Shown piece by piece: positions 1-12,500 of a stretch of 64,000 nucleotides of DNA. The notes below the pieces were generated by a model. That model worked only from the letters and a program-made list of their open reading frames with translations, was not told the origin of the DNA and made no database searches. Within the stretch, counting starts at the first letter, position 1. Every line of letters starts with the position of its first letter. The translations under genes were made by a program, and so were the position numbers. Source of the DNA: an uncultured Planctomycetota bacterium (GTDB lineage: Bacteria; Planctomycetota; Planctomycetia; Pirellulales; Lacipirellulaceae); assembly GCA_963719315.1 (NCBI GenBank), contig CAVRBU010000004.1, positions 32,001 through 96,000 on the forward strand, written 5' to 3'.

Positions 1-47
1 CGGCAACACTTGTGTGGGATTGAGCCTTCCGTCCGGCCAACTGCGCG

Positions 48-3000
48 GTGGCTTTCAACAATTGCATCACCGACAGCGCAACAGCGGTGCTAGTCGGAGA
101 GCAGGCTACAGGCCTAACTGTTGACCACAACCTCTATCTCAGCTTCAGCATCGGCAAGTTCCGCTCGCAATTAGTGCGCAAGACGATCGAGAACTGGCGA
201 TACCTCAGTGGGCTGGATGCTCACTCGGTCAGCATTCCTGTGAAGTACGAGGACGCGGCCAAGGGTCTGTTCAAGGCGGTCAACGTATTGGACTGGGCTT
301 TGGATCGCCCCGTCACGGCCGCTTGGGGATCAGCCAGACTGGCGGGCAAGGAGGCGCCGACCGAGGACATCGACGGTGTAAAACGGCCCACCGCGCCGGC
401 AGTGGGAGCATACGAAGTCTCTACGCGGGCGCCACGAGCAGCAGATGGCGAGTTCATCGTATCTTCGGGACAGGGCGTCACCAGTGCCGGCGTCTTCGAC
501 TCCAACGACAAATTGGTGGCCTACCTGTTTCAGACGCTTCCGCTGGCCCAGGGAAAATATTCCTTCTGGTTGCCGTCGCGTACTTACCGAGCAGAGCCCA
601 TTGAGGCTGGCGACTACGAGGTTCGCGTCCTGGAAAGCAAGTTGGACTGGAAATACAAGGGCTTTATCGGCAACACAGGTGCCCCGGACGTTGTTAACGC
701 CAGCCCACCCGGCAACATCGATGCACTGGCCTTTGACAATCACGGCCGACTACACGTCGGATGTGGTATAAGCGAGGCGCACGTCAACATCCGCTCTTGC
801 GATGCGGCGACGGGCAAATGGCGCTGGTTGTTCAACGGCACTTCGGCAATGCACGGTCTGGCGTCGGCATCGGACGGCCTGCTATATGTGCTGAGGCAGG
901 ACGCGAATCAGATGCGCCTGTCGCGGCTCGACGCGGCAACCGGCGAGGTCTCGCCGTGGGGCAAAACGGATTACGGATCTTTGCCATTCAAGAAAGGCGC
1001 CAACTGTACCGGCTTGGCGTCGCTCGGCAACAAACTCTTCTTCACGGATACAGTTGGCAATGCAGTGCGAATCGGAACAACCGAATCGCCGGAGTCGGAC
1101 ACGGCTATCGAGGTCAAGCAACCCTTGAGCCCCGCAGCCGATAATAGGACCAACGTCGTGTGGGTGATTAGCGGTGGCGAGAAGCTTGTCGCAGTGTCCG
1201 CAGACGGCAAGCTCGTCGGCCAATCGCAGGCGGTCGAGCAGCCCATGTCGATTGCGGTGCGCGATGGCCGCCTCGCAGTGGCGTCGAGAAAGTCCGGCAA
1301 GGTTCACTTGTTTGACTGTTCCGATCCGTCCGAGCTTAAGCCATTAAGCACACTGGGTCGCGGTGACGGTCCGGATGGTCTGATTCTGTCGGATCGCTTT
1401 TGGTTCCAATGGGGGGAGAAGGTGAACTTGGCATTGGGTCCCAACGGTCAGGTGGCGGTTGGCGAGGCGGAAGGGCGGCTCCAAGTTTTCGACCGAGAAG
1501 GCAATCTCATTTGGTGGTCGTTCTCGATCTGGGGCGCTGGGGCGGCGCCCTCGAGGCTCACGCCAGGGCGAGTTTTCAGCGGGCCGTTCACCATGCTGCT
1601 GGACGGCGAAAAGAGCACGTGGCGGCTTGAGTCGTTCCACCGTGCGCTGAATGACGGGAGGATACTCGGCGATTGCCAAATTGGCGGAAACACGTTTGTC
1701 GTGCTCAATTCGCTCAGGGCCGGCGACGCGACTCCCGGAGAAAAAAAGCCGTCCTACTGGATGCGGATCTCGTTTGTGAACTTCACGCCCGAGAAGGCTA
1801 CGCAGGTTGGCGGCATGGTTTGGAAGTCGGTCAGAACTCCCAACGAGCCCTGGACGTATCGATACGACGACAATCGGGACGGCCAAGTAGACCAGAACGA
1901 CAAGGTCGCATTCACTTTGACGGATGCCGAAGGCAAGCTGATCACCAGGCCGCTCTTCGACCATCGTTTCACTTACCTGCAGCCAAACGGCGAACTGACG
2001 ATAAGCGGAAGTGGGGAAGGCTGGTTGGCTCGCTGGCCCTGCGCTGGGCTGGACGAGCACGGCTCACCTACCTATCGCTACGCCGATCGGGTCGTATTAA
2101 CCGGCGAAAAAGACGCCGTCATCTCACCCTACGATCACAAGCCCACAGGCCCCGGCATGGCCGACCACATGCTGCGTGGCAACGGCGGCTGGGTGGGCCT
2201 CAAACGGTGCAGCGGTGCGCCCTGGAAAGTGATGATTAACAACGGCGGCACCGATATTGTCGCCATCGACGATCAACACCAGGTCGACTGGGTGCAGCCG
2301 CTGGCCCATGTCAACGTCGTCGGTTCGCTCACCAGTGGCGATGGCCTGTACATCGCCGCGTTGGCCGACAGCTACGATTGCTTGGTGCTCAATGATGATG
2401 GGCTGATGCTCAACGGCTTCAGTCCGGCCGCAGGGGCGGGATATGTCGGCCACTGGGTCGACGACCCTACGACGGTTCGAACGTTTGTGGACCAACAGGG
2501 CAAAGTCAATGTCCTGATGTGCGACTACATGGTGTGCGCCTGCAACCACTGGTACCGGCTTGAGAACAAGGAAGTGCGATTAGGCAAGTTCGCGCTGAAA
2601 ATTAAGCCTCAGGCCGCCGCCGAGCTGGCAGCGCTGCCGGCCAAAACTCTGGACATAACGGCCGGTAAGCCGGCAACCCCGCTGGTTCGCATACCATTAC
2701 TCAAGGAGCCACTAACGATCGACGGCGACATGCAGAAATGGCGCGACGCTGGCATCAACCCTCAGTTCATTCTCACACCAGAAAGCTCCAATGGCATTGA
2801 AGGAGGGCCAAGTGATTGCAGTGCGATCGCCCGCCTGGCATATCATGGGCAGGATCTGTACCTCCAAGTATTCCGGTTCGACGACGTGATTACTTCCCAC
2901 CAGCCCAAGTCGCGAGCTTGTCTCCAGGATACTGTCGAGATGACCGTGAATGGCTTCTGGGAAGGGATCAAGCACAATCTTTCGATGACGACGGACGCCG

Positions 3001-3374
3001 GGCCGGTCAACCAGGTCGATGGTCGTGGTCTAAAGGCGCACACATTGGACACCAAGGACTCTCCGATTGTTATCAAGGTGCTCGACAATGCGCGGGATGT
3101 GGTCGAACGGCAGATCATTGAGAACATCTATGGCGTCGACATGAGCAACTGCAAGGTGCAACTGTTCGAGACAAAGATCCCGATGGATGCAAAGACATAT
3201 GCTGGTCGGCCGGAAGCAAGATTCGAATTGAAGTCTGGCCAGCAATTCTGGCTGGGATTCCTCATTGACGACAACGACCAGCTCGGAACCGATCTGCAGA
3301 ACTTCCTTCTGTGGCCGACAACCTACGGCACTTTCGGCACCAAGGAAGAGCACGGGCTGGCAGAGCTGGAATGA
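48..3374 (+). CDS. Large secreted multidomain protein (end of beta-helix region, FlgD-like Ig domain, beta-propeller, C-terminal CBM9/DOMON-like domain); probably 5'-partial
   Basis: 1108-aa ORF; 'TSAGVFDSNDKLVAYLFQTLPLAQGKYSFW' is FlgD-like; 'LTIDGDMQKW...ARLAYHGQDLYLQVFRFDD' is CBM9-like; no signal peptide at the ORF start, so the gene probably begins before the window. Confidence 0.6.
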   Translation: MAFNNCITDSATAVLVGEQATGLTVDHNLYLSFSIGKFRSQLVRKTIENWRYLSGLDAHSVSIPVKYEDAAKGLFKAVNVLDWALDRPVTAAWGSARLAGKEAPTEDIDGVKRPTAPAVGAYEVSTRAPRAADGEFIVSSGQGVTSAGVFDSNDKLVAYLFQTLPLAQGKYSFWLPSRTYRAEPIEAGDYEVRVLESKLDWKYKGFIGNTGAPDVVNASPPGNIDALAFDNHGRLHVGCGISEAHVNIRSCDAATGKWRWLFNGTSAMHGLASASDGLLYVLRQDANQMRLSRLDAATGEVSPWGKTDYGSLPFKKGANCTGLASLGNKLFFTDTVGNAVRIGTTESPESDTAIEVKQPLSPAADNRTNVVWVISGGEKLVAVSADGKLVGQSQAVEQPMSIAVRDGRLAVASRKSGKVHLFDCSDPSELKPLSTLGRGDGPDGLILSDRFWFQWGEKVNLALGPNGQVAVGEAEGRLQVFDREGNLIWWSFSIWGAGAAPSRLTPGRVFSGPFTMLLDGEKSTWRLESFHRALNDGRILGDCQIGGNTFVVLNSLRAGDATPGEKKPSYWMRISFVNFTPEKATQVGGMVWKSVRTPNEPWTYRYDDNRDGQVDQNDKVAFTLTDAEGKLITRPLFDHRFTYLQPNGELTISGSGEGWLARWPCAGLDEHGSPTYRYADRVVLTGEKDAVISPYDHKPTGPGMADHMLRGNGGWVGLKRCSGAPWKVMINNGGTDIVAIDDQHQVDWVQPLAHVNVVGSLTSGDGLYIAALADSYDCLVLNDDGLMLNGFSPAAGAGYVGHWVDDPTTVRTFVDQQGKVNVLMCDYMVCACNHWYRLENKEVRLGKFALKIKPQAAAELAALPAKTLDITAGKPATPLVRIPLLKEPLTIDGDMQKWRDAGINPQFILTPESSNGIEGGPSDCSAIARLAYHGQDLYLQVFRFDDVITSHQPKSRACLQDTVEMTVNGFWEGIKHNLSMTTDAGPVNQVDGRGLKAHTLDTKDSPIVIKVLDNARDVVERQIIENIYGVDMSNCKVQLFETKIPMDAKTYAGRPEARFELKSGQQFWLGFLIDDNDQLGTDLQNFLLWPTTYGTFGTKEEHGLAELE

Positions 3375-4894
3375 GCATCGAGGCCAACAACGATTATCGT
3401 GAGCGCGCAATCATGTTTCGCTGGTTCATCGCATTGAGTTTTTTTCTCGTTGCTACTTCTTCAGTCGCAGCAGCGCAGAAATCTCATCCCCATATCATCG
3501 TCTTAGTGGCCGATGACTTGGGCATCGGCGACTTGGGCTGCTACAACCGCGATTCAAGAATCCCCACGCCGAACATGGATCGCCTGGCCAAGGAAGGAAT
3601 GCGATTCACCGACTCGCACTCGCCGTCGGCAGTTTGCACGCCGACTCGTTACTCGTTGCTTACCGGGCGATACTGCTGGCGGACAAGGCTCAAATCGGGC
3701 GTACTCTGGGGCTATGATCCGCTACTGATTGAGCCGGGCCGATTGACGCTGGCTTCGTTGCTTCGGCGACACGGCTATCACACCGCTTGTATTGGCAAAT
3801 GGCACCTCGGATTCGGCAACGACAAAAAGGTCGATTATGAAAAACCTTTGACACCCGGTCCCAATGCTGTGGGATTCGACTACTTTTACGGCATCCCGGC
3901 ATCGCTCGATATGGAGCCGTATGTCTTTATCGAAAACGAGCGCCCCGTCGAAATGCCCACGGCGACAATCGCGGCCAGTCAATATCGCCGGCTTGGTGGT
4001 GAAGGATTCTGGCGAGCTGGGCCCATCGCTCCCGGCTTTCGCCACGTCGACGTGCTGCCCACGATTACCAAGAAGGCCGTTGAATGCATCGACCAGCGCG
4101 CTGAGAGCAACGAGCCGTTCTTTCTGTACTTACCACTCACCGCTCCACATAGTCCTTGGGTGCCGACCGACGAGTTTCGCGGTAAAAGTAAGGCCGGCTA
4201 CTATGGGGATTTTGTCGTCCAAGTGGATGATGTTGTCGGCCAAATACTTCGTGCCCTGGACCGCAACAATTTGACGGAGAACACTCTCGTCATCGTGACC
4301 AGCGACAACGGTTCGCACTGGCTGCCCAGCGACATCGACAAATTCCAACATGCCTCGAACTCCTACTTCCGCGGCCAAAAAGCGGATATTTGGGAAGGCG
4401 GTCACCGTGTCCCCTTTATCGCCCGTTGGCCAGGGCACATCCCGCCCGGTTCCATCAGCACCGAGGTTATTTGCCACACTGATATGCTGGCCACCTTGGC
4501 GGATCTTGTCGGCCACAAACTATCCCAAGACGCTGGCGAGGACAGTTTCAGCATTTTGCCGGTTTTGCTGGGTAAGCAGCTCGAAGCTCCACTGCGTGAA
4601 GCTACAGTGCATCACTCCGCGAACGGATTCTTCGCGATCCGTCAAGGCGATTGGGTATTGATTGACGGCTTAGGCTCCGGCGGTTTCAGCAAACCCGCAA
4701 CGACCAAGCCGATCCCGGGTGGCCCTAAGGGACAGCTCTACAACTTGGCCAACGACATCCGTCAGGAACAAAACGTCTACATGGACAATCCCAGCATTTT
4801 GAGCCGAATGCACGCCTTACTGACTCAATACAAAACGCAAGGATTCAGTCGGCCAAAAACGCTACGCGCGACTGGCGCTGCCGGCGAGAATTGA
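3371..4894 (+). CDS. Arylsulfatase (Cys-type, formylglycine-dependent)
   Basis: Motifs IIVLVADDLG, CTPTRYSLLTGRY, GKWHLG, SDNG, WEGGHRVP; signal peptide; ATG overlaps the upstream stop (alternative start at 3413). Confidence 0.93.
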   Translation: MSIEANNDYRERAIMFRWFIALSFFLVATSSVAAAQKSHPHIIVLVADDLGIGDLGCYNRDSRIPTPNMDRLAKEGMRFTDSHSPSAVCTPTRYSLLTGRYCWRTRLKSGVLWGYDPLLIEPGRLTLASLLRRHGYHTACIGKWHLGFGNDKKVDYEKPLTPGPNAVGFDYFYGIPASLDMEPYVFIENERPVEMPTATIAASQYRRLGGEGFWRAGPIAPGFRHVDVLPTITKKAVECIDQRAESNEPFFLYLPLTAPHSPWVPTDEFRGKSKAGYYGDFVVQVDDVVGQILRALDRNNLTENTLVIVTSDNGSHWLPSDIDKFQHASNSYFRGQKADIWEGGHRVPFIARWPGHIPPGSISTEVICHTDMLATLADLVGHKLSQDAGEDSFSILPVLLGKQLEAPLREATVHHSANGFFAIRQGDWVLIDGLGSGGFSKPATTKPIPGGPKGQLYNLANDIRQEQNVYMDNPSILSRMHALLTQYKTQGFSRPKTLRATGAAGEN

Positions 4895-4936
4895 AACAGC
4901 TCTAACCAAGATAGAATTCCCTCTTGCAAAGAATTC

Positions 4937-6475
4937 ATGCGACGAACAACCAACATCCTGCTTGTTGCGCTTCTGTCCTTCAATACCATTGATGCGGCCA
5001 TGGCCGACGTTCGACTGCCGGGAATGTTTAGCGACGCGATGGTACTGCAGCAGGGAGTCCCACTGCCGGTTTGGGGTTGGGCGGATCCAGGAGAGAAAGT
5101 CGTCGTCGCCATAGAGGGCCACGAGGCATCGACCACCACCAACAACGACGGCAAGTGGCACGTCACACTTCAATCGCTAAAGGCCGATGGAAGACCGCTG
5201 CAAATGACCATCCACGGCCGCAACACGATTGTTATCAGGGACGCACTGGTCGGCGAAGTCTGGCTCTGCAGCGGGCAGTCCAATATGGCCATGGGAGTCA
5301 AGTATTGTCTTAACGCCAAAGATGAAATCGCCGGCGCCGATTTTCCGCAGCTCCGGATCTATAACACACGGAGTTCCCCCTCACCGGTGCGGCAAACCGA
5401 TCACCACGGGAAATGGTTGGTCTGTTCGCCGCACAATATTGGTGAATGGACGGCAGTGGGATTTTTCTTCGCTCGTTATCTGCACAAGAAATTGGGAGTG
5501 CCGGTGGGCCTCATTAACGCTTCAAAGGGCAGCGTGCCAATTCAGACCTTTATGAGCATCCAGAGCTTAAAAGTGGTGCCTTCGGCGAAGGCCGACCTGG
5601 AAGTCTACGAAAAACGTGTTAAGACGTATCTGGAATACCGCAATACAGGCAAGGGAGTCGTCGATACCGGGACAACACAGAACGGTGAAGAACCACCCGG
5701 CAACGCGTTCAATGATCCTGAGGCGTTTTACAACAGTTCGATTTTCCCGCTCGCCCCCTATGCGCTTCGCGGGGCCGTATGGTACCAGGGCGAGGGCCAT
5801 GCAAATGACGTTTGCGATCAGCCAGACTATTACGCGCAGGCGCTGCCGGCCCTAATTACCGACTGGCGAAAAGTTTGGCATCAGGGCGACTTCCCTTTCA
5901 TTGTCGTCCAGTTGCCGAATTTTAAGAGACCGCAGGAAGTTGCGATCAATCAAGGCTGGTCGGACTTCCGTGAGGCCCAGTGCAGAGGCGTGCGAGCGGT
6001 GAAGAACGCGGGCATTGTGACCACGATCGACATTGGTGAGGCTTTCAATATTCACCCCAAGAACAAACAGGACGTAGGCAAGCGGTTGGCGCGTTGGGCA
6101 TTGGCCAACGTGTACCACGAGAAGGGTGTGATGTGGTCCGGGCCGAAATACAAGACGATGAAGATCGAAAGCTACAGAATCCGCATCGCCTTCGACCACG
6201 TCGGCGGCGGATTACGCGTCAAAGGCAAAACGCCGGGAGGCTTCGCCATCGCTGATGCGAACAAAGTCTTTCGGTTCGCAAAAGCCAGGATTGACGGCGA
6301 CGATGTCGTTGTCTGGTCTGACAAGATCCAAGAGCCTGTCGCCGTCCGCTACGCCTGGGCAGAAAACCCGGTCTGCAATCTCTTCAACGATGCCGATCTG
6401 CCCGCCATGCCATTCCGGACCGACGATTGGGCCATCAGCGAAGTCAAGGCAGCCGAAGATGAACAAAGTTTGTGA
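4937..6475 (+). CDS. Sialate O-acetylesterase family (SASA/SGNH) protein
   Basis: GEVWLCSGQSNM, WYQGE and IHPKNKQDVGKRLA motifs; signal peptide. Confidence 0.92.
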   Translation: MRRTTNILLVALLSFNTIDAAMADVRLPGMFSDAMVLQQGVPLPVWGWADPGEKVVVAIEGHEASTTTNNDGKWHVTLQSLKADGRPLQMTIHGRNTIVIRDALVGEVWLCSGQSNMAMGVKYCLNAKDEIAGADFPQLRIYNTRSSPSPVRQTDHHGKWLVCSPHNIGEWTAVGFFFARYLHKKLGVPVGLINASKGSVPIQTFMSIQSLKVVPSAKADLEVYEKRVKTYLEYRNTGKGVVDTGTTQNGEEPPGNAFNDPEAFYNSSIFPLAPYALRGAVWYQGEGHANDVCDQPDYYAQALPALITDWRKVWHQGDFPFIVVQLPNFKRPQEVAINQGWSDFREAQCRGVRAVKNAGIVTTIDIGEAFNIHPKNKQDVGKRLARWALANVYHEKGVMWSGPKYKTMKIESYRIRIAFDHVGGGLRVKGKTPGGFAIADANKVFRFAKARIDGDDVVVWSDKIQEPVAVRYAWAENPVCNLFNDADLPAMPFRTDDWAISEVKAAEDEQSL

Positions 6476-6531
6476 GTAAACTCCGATGGGCGGAGCAACG
6501 CGAGAAACAACTTACCCTGGAGAGACACCTG

Positions 6532-9500
6532 ATGAATCGGAAGCAGGATCGTACCGAACGAAGAAAGCGCGGGTTTGGATCTACACGCCGTAGCTCAAAA
6601 CTTGCTCGTTTTGATCGGAGGCGGTTATTCTTCGAAACGCTGGAGCCACGATTGACGCTGGATGCACAAATCGGCGCCGTATCCATGCCGTTTGACGGGT
6701 ACCTCAGTGCCGCCGTCTACGATTCCAATGGACAACTCGTGCGGACGCTTCTCGAACTGTCACCCCAGGAGCAGGGCAACAGCGTGCCGCTGTTTTGGGA
6801 CGGCAACGACAGTGTTGGCCGGCAAGTGACGAACGACGGCAGGTACACCTGGAAAGCGCTCGTCAGTCAGGTCGAAGCGGTCGACGAAGGTGGCGTCGGA
6901 GACTCGCTGTTTACGACGTTGTACATGCCCGCGGGGTCGGAACCCGTCGGCTATCCCGACGCCAGCTCTGCGCCGGAAGGTGTTGCGGTCGATTCTAGTG
7001 GCAGAGTCTATTTGTCCTCCGTCTTTGTCGAGAACGCCAATGGGCTACATCAATATGGCCAGGACGGCCAATTGCTTCAGCGGTTTCCCGGCGGGAGCAT
7101 CGGCGTTGCCACCGATAGCACGTATCTCTATCTCAGCACGCGTTCGGGTGACAACGATCAGATTAGTAGATTCAACATCGCTACGCGGACGTATGCGAAC
7201 TTCACCACTGCAGGCAGCAGCATTATCGTCAACAACGATGCGTTTGATCCGCGACCGCCAGGACAGCGGGACTACACGGTCGAGGAAACACGGCAGCTTT
7301 ATTCAACCTGGGGCATCGCCGTCGACAGCAACCGGATATTTGTCAGCAACTATCGGAACAATCGGATCGATATTTACGACAAGGTAACGGGAGTCAAGCT
7401 GGACACACTGTCGGCCGCCGACGATTCAGGCTTTACTAACCCATTGGGAATCGTTGTAGAATCAGGCAATGCATCCTCGGGCGCGATTTGGGTTACGCAC
7501 AACGGCAGCCAGGCCACTCGCTACACCTACACGGTCAGTGGAAGCAATCTCACGTTCACCAAGAGCACGGATATCACTGGGCTGAACGATCCCACGGGTC
7601 TGGCCATCGGCGGTCCGAGCAATCACCTGTTTGTGGCGGTAAACGGCGACGGGCAGATTCGCGAATATGACATAAGCTCGGGCGCAACACCGGCGGGATT
7701 AGGCGCAGCAGGCTTCGGTACGAAGCACGTCAGCGGTGATATCCTCAGCGACCACGACTTTTCCTTCACGTACGCTACCAGCATCGCCGTCGATAGCAGC
7801 GGCATTCTCAATGTGATCGACGCTCGCCGTCTGCAGCGGTTTTACACCGTGGACAATGTCGGGCAAGGCATCGTTGCCGGCGATCTCAAACAGTCGATCT
7901 ACAGCGAGTTCGGCCCTGCGCCGATCGATACCTACGGCTACACCAGCGACGGCCGATTCATCCTCATGAGCGGCGGCAATCACTATGAAGTTGACCCGCT
8001 GTACACCGGCGGACCAAGAGAAGGCTGGTTGGGCGACGGCACTTGGCGGCTCGTCAAAAAAGATTCCTTTCCGACGGATTTGGAGCCCGGCGGCGCCATG
8101 GTCAGCCGGGCGCTAATGGACGGCTCGACGCCTGCGCGAATACCGCTTCGTGTTGATGGGCGACAAAAAAGGTGTCGAAGTCTTTGAGGTTACTTCAACC
8201 GGCGAATCTCGCCGTTCCGCGATGCTGGGAGGCTATTGGTACGGCGCCGAACTGACGGGCTACAGTCAACCGGCGCAGTTCAATTGGACCGACACGAACG
8301 GTAACGGACAGATCGACTGGAACTCGCAAGGTTCCGGTTCCGACGGCGAAGTCACCTGGTTCCACCCGCTCGGTGAGACATCGAACGTCAGCATGCCGTG
8401 GGTCGACGACAACGGAAATATCTGGGCAGTTGGCCCCGGCGGCATCGTCAAGATTGCGCTCGAAGGCTTCGATGCGCAGCACAATCCACTCTACAACTTT
8501 GCCAACATGACGCTCGTCGCGCCGAACATCGACGACGATTATGATTTCCATCCCATCCAGGTGCGTGTGGCTGGCAACGGCGATATCTACGCTTCCGGGG
8601 GCGTAATTTTCTTACTTGGACTGGAAGCGTCTATATTCCCGGCGGTGATTGGATGGCCCGGTACGACAGCAACGGCAACCGCACGCTGCTCCTCCACACA
8701 CCGGACTCGCGTATTCCCGCCGTTGCCGCCGACGAGACCGGTGGCTCGTACTTCTTTAGCGGCCATTCGGGCCTCAACGAGCATTGGGCGTACATGTATT
8801 CCGACGACGGGCTTGTCGTCGCTCGCATGAGCCCGGAGGCGGCCAGCGGCGGTTGGACGGGCTGGCTCGATCATCCTTGGGGAATCGGCGCCTTCACGCA
8901 TCCCCTCACCGGCATCACGTACGTCTCCATTGAGGATATCTCCAACGGGAAGGCCGAACGTTATCGCATCGATCATCTCGACACAGTGCAGCGGTTCGAA
9001 GGCGACTTCGAATGGACGTATGATACGCAGACCATCGGGCAGTGGACGTTCGATGACACGCTGCAAGACTCGGTCGGCCGCCGCGACGGCACTTTCGTCG
9101 GTGGTGCGCCAACGTACTCCTACAGCCAGCACGGGAAAGTGCTCGATTTGGACGGCGTGAACGACCGCGTGGAAATGCCCAGCACCACGGGCTACTCGGC
9201 ATTTACCATTTCGGCGTGGGTCAAGGCGACCGATACGACCGGCGTCAATATCATCACGCGTGCTAACTCAACAGGAGGTGTGTTTAGTGCCGCGACTCAC
9301 TCGCTGCGCATCAATAGCACTGGATCATTCGAGTTCTACGTGTATGAACCGAATCCGGGCGGCACTCCGGTGCAGCACGTTTTAACCGGGACGACCGTCG
9401 TCCAACCAGACGTGTGGTATCACATCGTTGGCGTTGCGGAGAACAACGGTATGATGCGGCTGTATGTCAACGGCCAGGAGGACGGCACGGCTCAGAGCGT

Positions 9501-12500
9501 GGGAGTTATGTCGTCGGGAACCGACGTTTACCACGTGGGCGATCCCGCATTCGGTGCGTCGGGCTGGTTCGACGGCCTGATCGACGAACTCCGCGTTTGG
9601 GACCAGGTGCTTCGCCCCGGCGACATTCAGGTGCTTTACGACGAAGCTCCCGCCGAGCGCGACCGATATTGGGCGCTGGACGGCAATCTGAACGATTCTG
9701 CGGGAACTAGCCCCGGCACTTTCAATGGCGGTTCGCCCAACTACGTGACGGGAATGTTCGGCCAGGCCATCGACTTCGACGGCACCGACGACTATTTATC
9801 CGCTCTCGATGCTACCGATCCTACGAATTACACGATCTCTGCCTGGGTCAAGCCGAGCGATGCCACGAATGTCAGCATTATCACTGCGCACGTCGGCGGG
9901 CGGGCCGGTGGTCGACTACTTTGATCAACTTCGCATCAACAGCGCCGGCCAGTTCGAGCATTTTACCGTCGACGAAAACGGCGAGCACGTTGTCGTCGGC
10001 ACCACCGTCGTCGTACCGGGCCGTTGGTATCACGTAGCCGGCAGCGCCACGCAGGGCGGCGCGATGCGCCTGTATGTCGATGGCGTCGAGGAAGGTCTGG
10101 CTCAGAACATCGGCACGCTCAGCAACATCGGCGATCGCTACTACATCGGCAGTAATTCTGGCAGTGGCATGGACTACTTCGATGGCGTGATCGACGATGT
10201 GCGCGTATATCACGAAGTCGTCGCCGCCTCCGATATCGCCGGCCTGTTCCACAACGGCGATGTGCCCGATCGTACCGGCCTGTGGACGTTCGACAACAAT
10301 CTAAATGACTCGGCTGGAAACAATAACGGCACGTTTTTTGGCGGTACGGCCGTCTATGCCACGGGCAAATCTGGCAACGCCATCGATTTGGACGGCAGCA
10401 ACGATTACGTCGAGCTGCCGTATGCCAGCGATCCGAGCGCCTACACGATTGCCGCGTGGATCAAGCCGACGAACATCAGCAATGTGAACGTTTTTTCTCG
10501 CACAAATAGCAGCGGCCCGCTCGTCAATCTGTCCGACCAATTACGTATCGTACCGACCTACGACTACAACGGCGATCCGGTACCCGGACAAGGCGTGTTT
10601 CAACACCTGACCCGCACTGTTTCAGATCACGTACTTACGGGCACGGCCATCGTGCGGCCGAATGCCTGGTACCACGTGGCGATCGTGGCAACGAGCGACG
10701 GCCTCATGCGGCTGTACGTCAATGGTCAAGAGGATGGCACGCCGCTTTCCATCGGTACGCTGGCAACCGATGGCGACCGGTTCCAAATTGGCAACGCCAC
10801 CAAAAACGGCATGGGCTTCTTCGACGGCCTCGTCGACGATTTTCAGATTTACGAACGTGTGCTCTCGGATGAAGAAATCGCCTCCCTATTCTCGGGCACG
10901 GGTGCTCCGGACCTCATCGCCACGTTGCCCACGGTCACCGTAGCCGCACTCGACAACGAGGCAAGCGAACAGGGTAGCGACGAAGGAACTTTCGTGATTT
11001 CCCGCGATCGCAATGTCGGCAATTTGGTGGTTAATTACACGATGAGCGGACAGGCCGCCAATGGCGTCGACTACCAAACGCTTTCCGGGTCGGTCACGAT
11101 TCCCGATGGCCAGTCCTCGGCCACGGTGACGATTACGCCGATCGACGACTCCGATTTCGATCCGAGCGAAACGGTAGTGCTTATGATCTCTGCCGATGCC
11201 AATTACTTGATTGGTACCGTGAGCAACGCCACGCTCGTGATCACGGATAACGATGCAATCGGCGACCCCGGCTGGACAGGCTCGAATAACACAGTGAATG
11301 GCAACAACTTCGGTTGGAGCTACGACACCAACTATGCCGGCGGTGCCGACCGGTGAGATCGGCGGCACGTTCGCCCGCTCTCAAGTCGACACGTATTACG
11401 CCGACATCAACCTGTCGGGCCCGCTCAACCTTAGTAATGTCATTACCGCAACCGGAAAATTCAATGTCCGTAACATCTCGTCTGGTTGGACTGGGTCGGG
11501 CGCCGGCCGCGTATTGATCGGTCATTTTTCGAAAAGTGCGACCAGCCGCGAGTTCGTCGGGTTGGAAATCGAGAATTGGGATACGAACACGATGATCGTT
11601 CGCGCCCACGTGCAAAAGCCTGTCAGCGGAAACGACGACAGCGAGGATAACGGGTTTTCCCCAATATTCTTGTCCGCAAACGACGGTCACACGTTCAGTT
11701 ACACGTACGACCCGAGTCTCGGCACCCACGGGCGGCTGACGCTGAAGATCGACAACCTCTCGCCCATCTACGTGGACATCGGCACCAGCACGCGCAATTC
11801 CGGTGCGCAGTTCGACGCCTTCGGCATTGGTTACACCAGTGATCGCAACACGCAACCCGGCGCGACGAAGACCGCGGAAGTGTACTTGGACGATATCAAT
11901 TACAGCGGGTTCCAATCCACGGCGCCGCCGCCGCACGTCGGAATTAGCGCCACCGATCCGATTGCGACCGAGTACAATTCCAGCACGGGAACATTTACAA
12001 TCAGCCGCGACAACAGTGCCGGGGATTTAACAGTGAATTACACCGTGAGCGGCACTGCCACGAACGGAGTCGATTATACCGCGCTGCCTGGTTCCATTAT
12101 CATTCCCAATGGACATACATCGATCACCGTGACGATAACGCCCGTCAATGACAATCTTGCTGAACCTAGCGAGACGGTGACGCTGCGATTGACTCCCGAC
12201 GTGAATTACGTCGTATCTCCGGCCAGGAGCGCCAGCGTGACGATCGTCGACAACGAGCCGACCGTGATCGTCGCCGCACTGGATGCCAGCGCCGCCGAAA
12301 TTGGCGGCAATACCGGCGCTTTCAAGATCACTCGTTCGACGAGTGTCGGCAGTCTGACCGTGAATTACACCATGAGCGGACCGGCAACGAATGGGACCGA
12401 CTACGCTGCGCTCTCGGGTTCGGTGATGATTCCGAACGGTCAGACATTCGCGGTGTTGACTGTGACGCCCCTCGACGACGCAATTGCCGAAGGCACCGAG

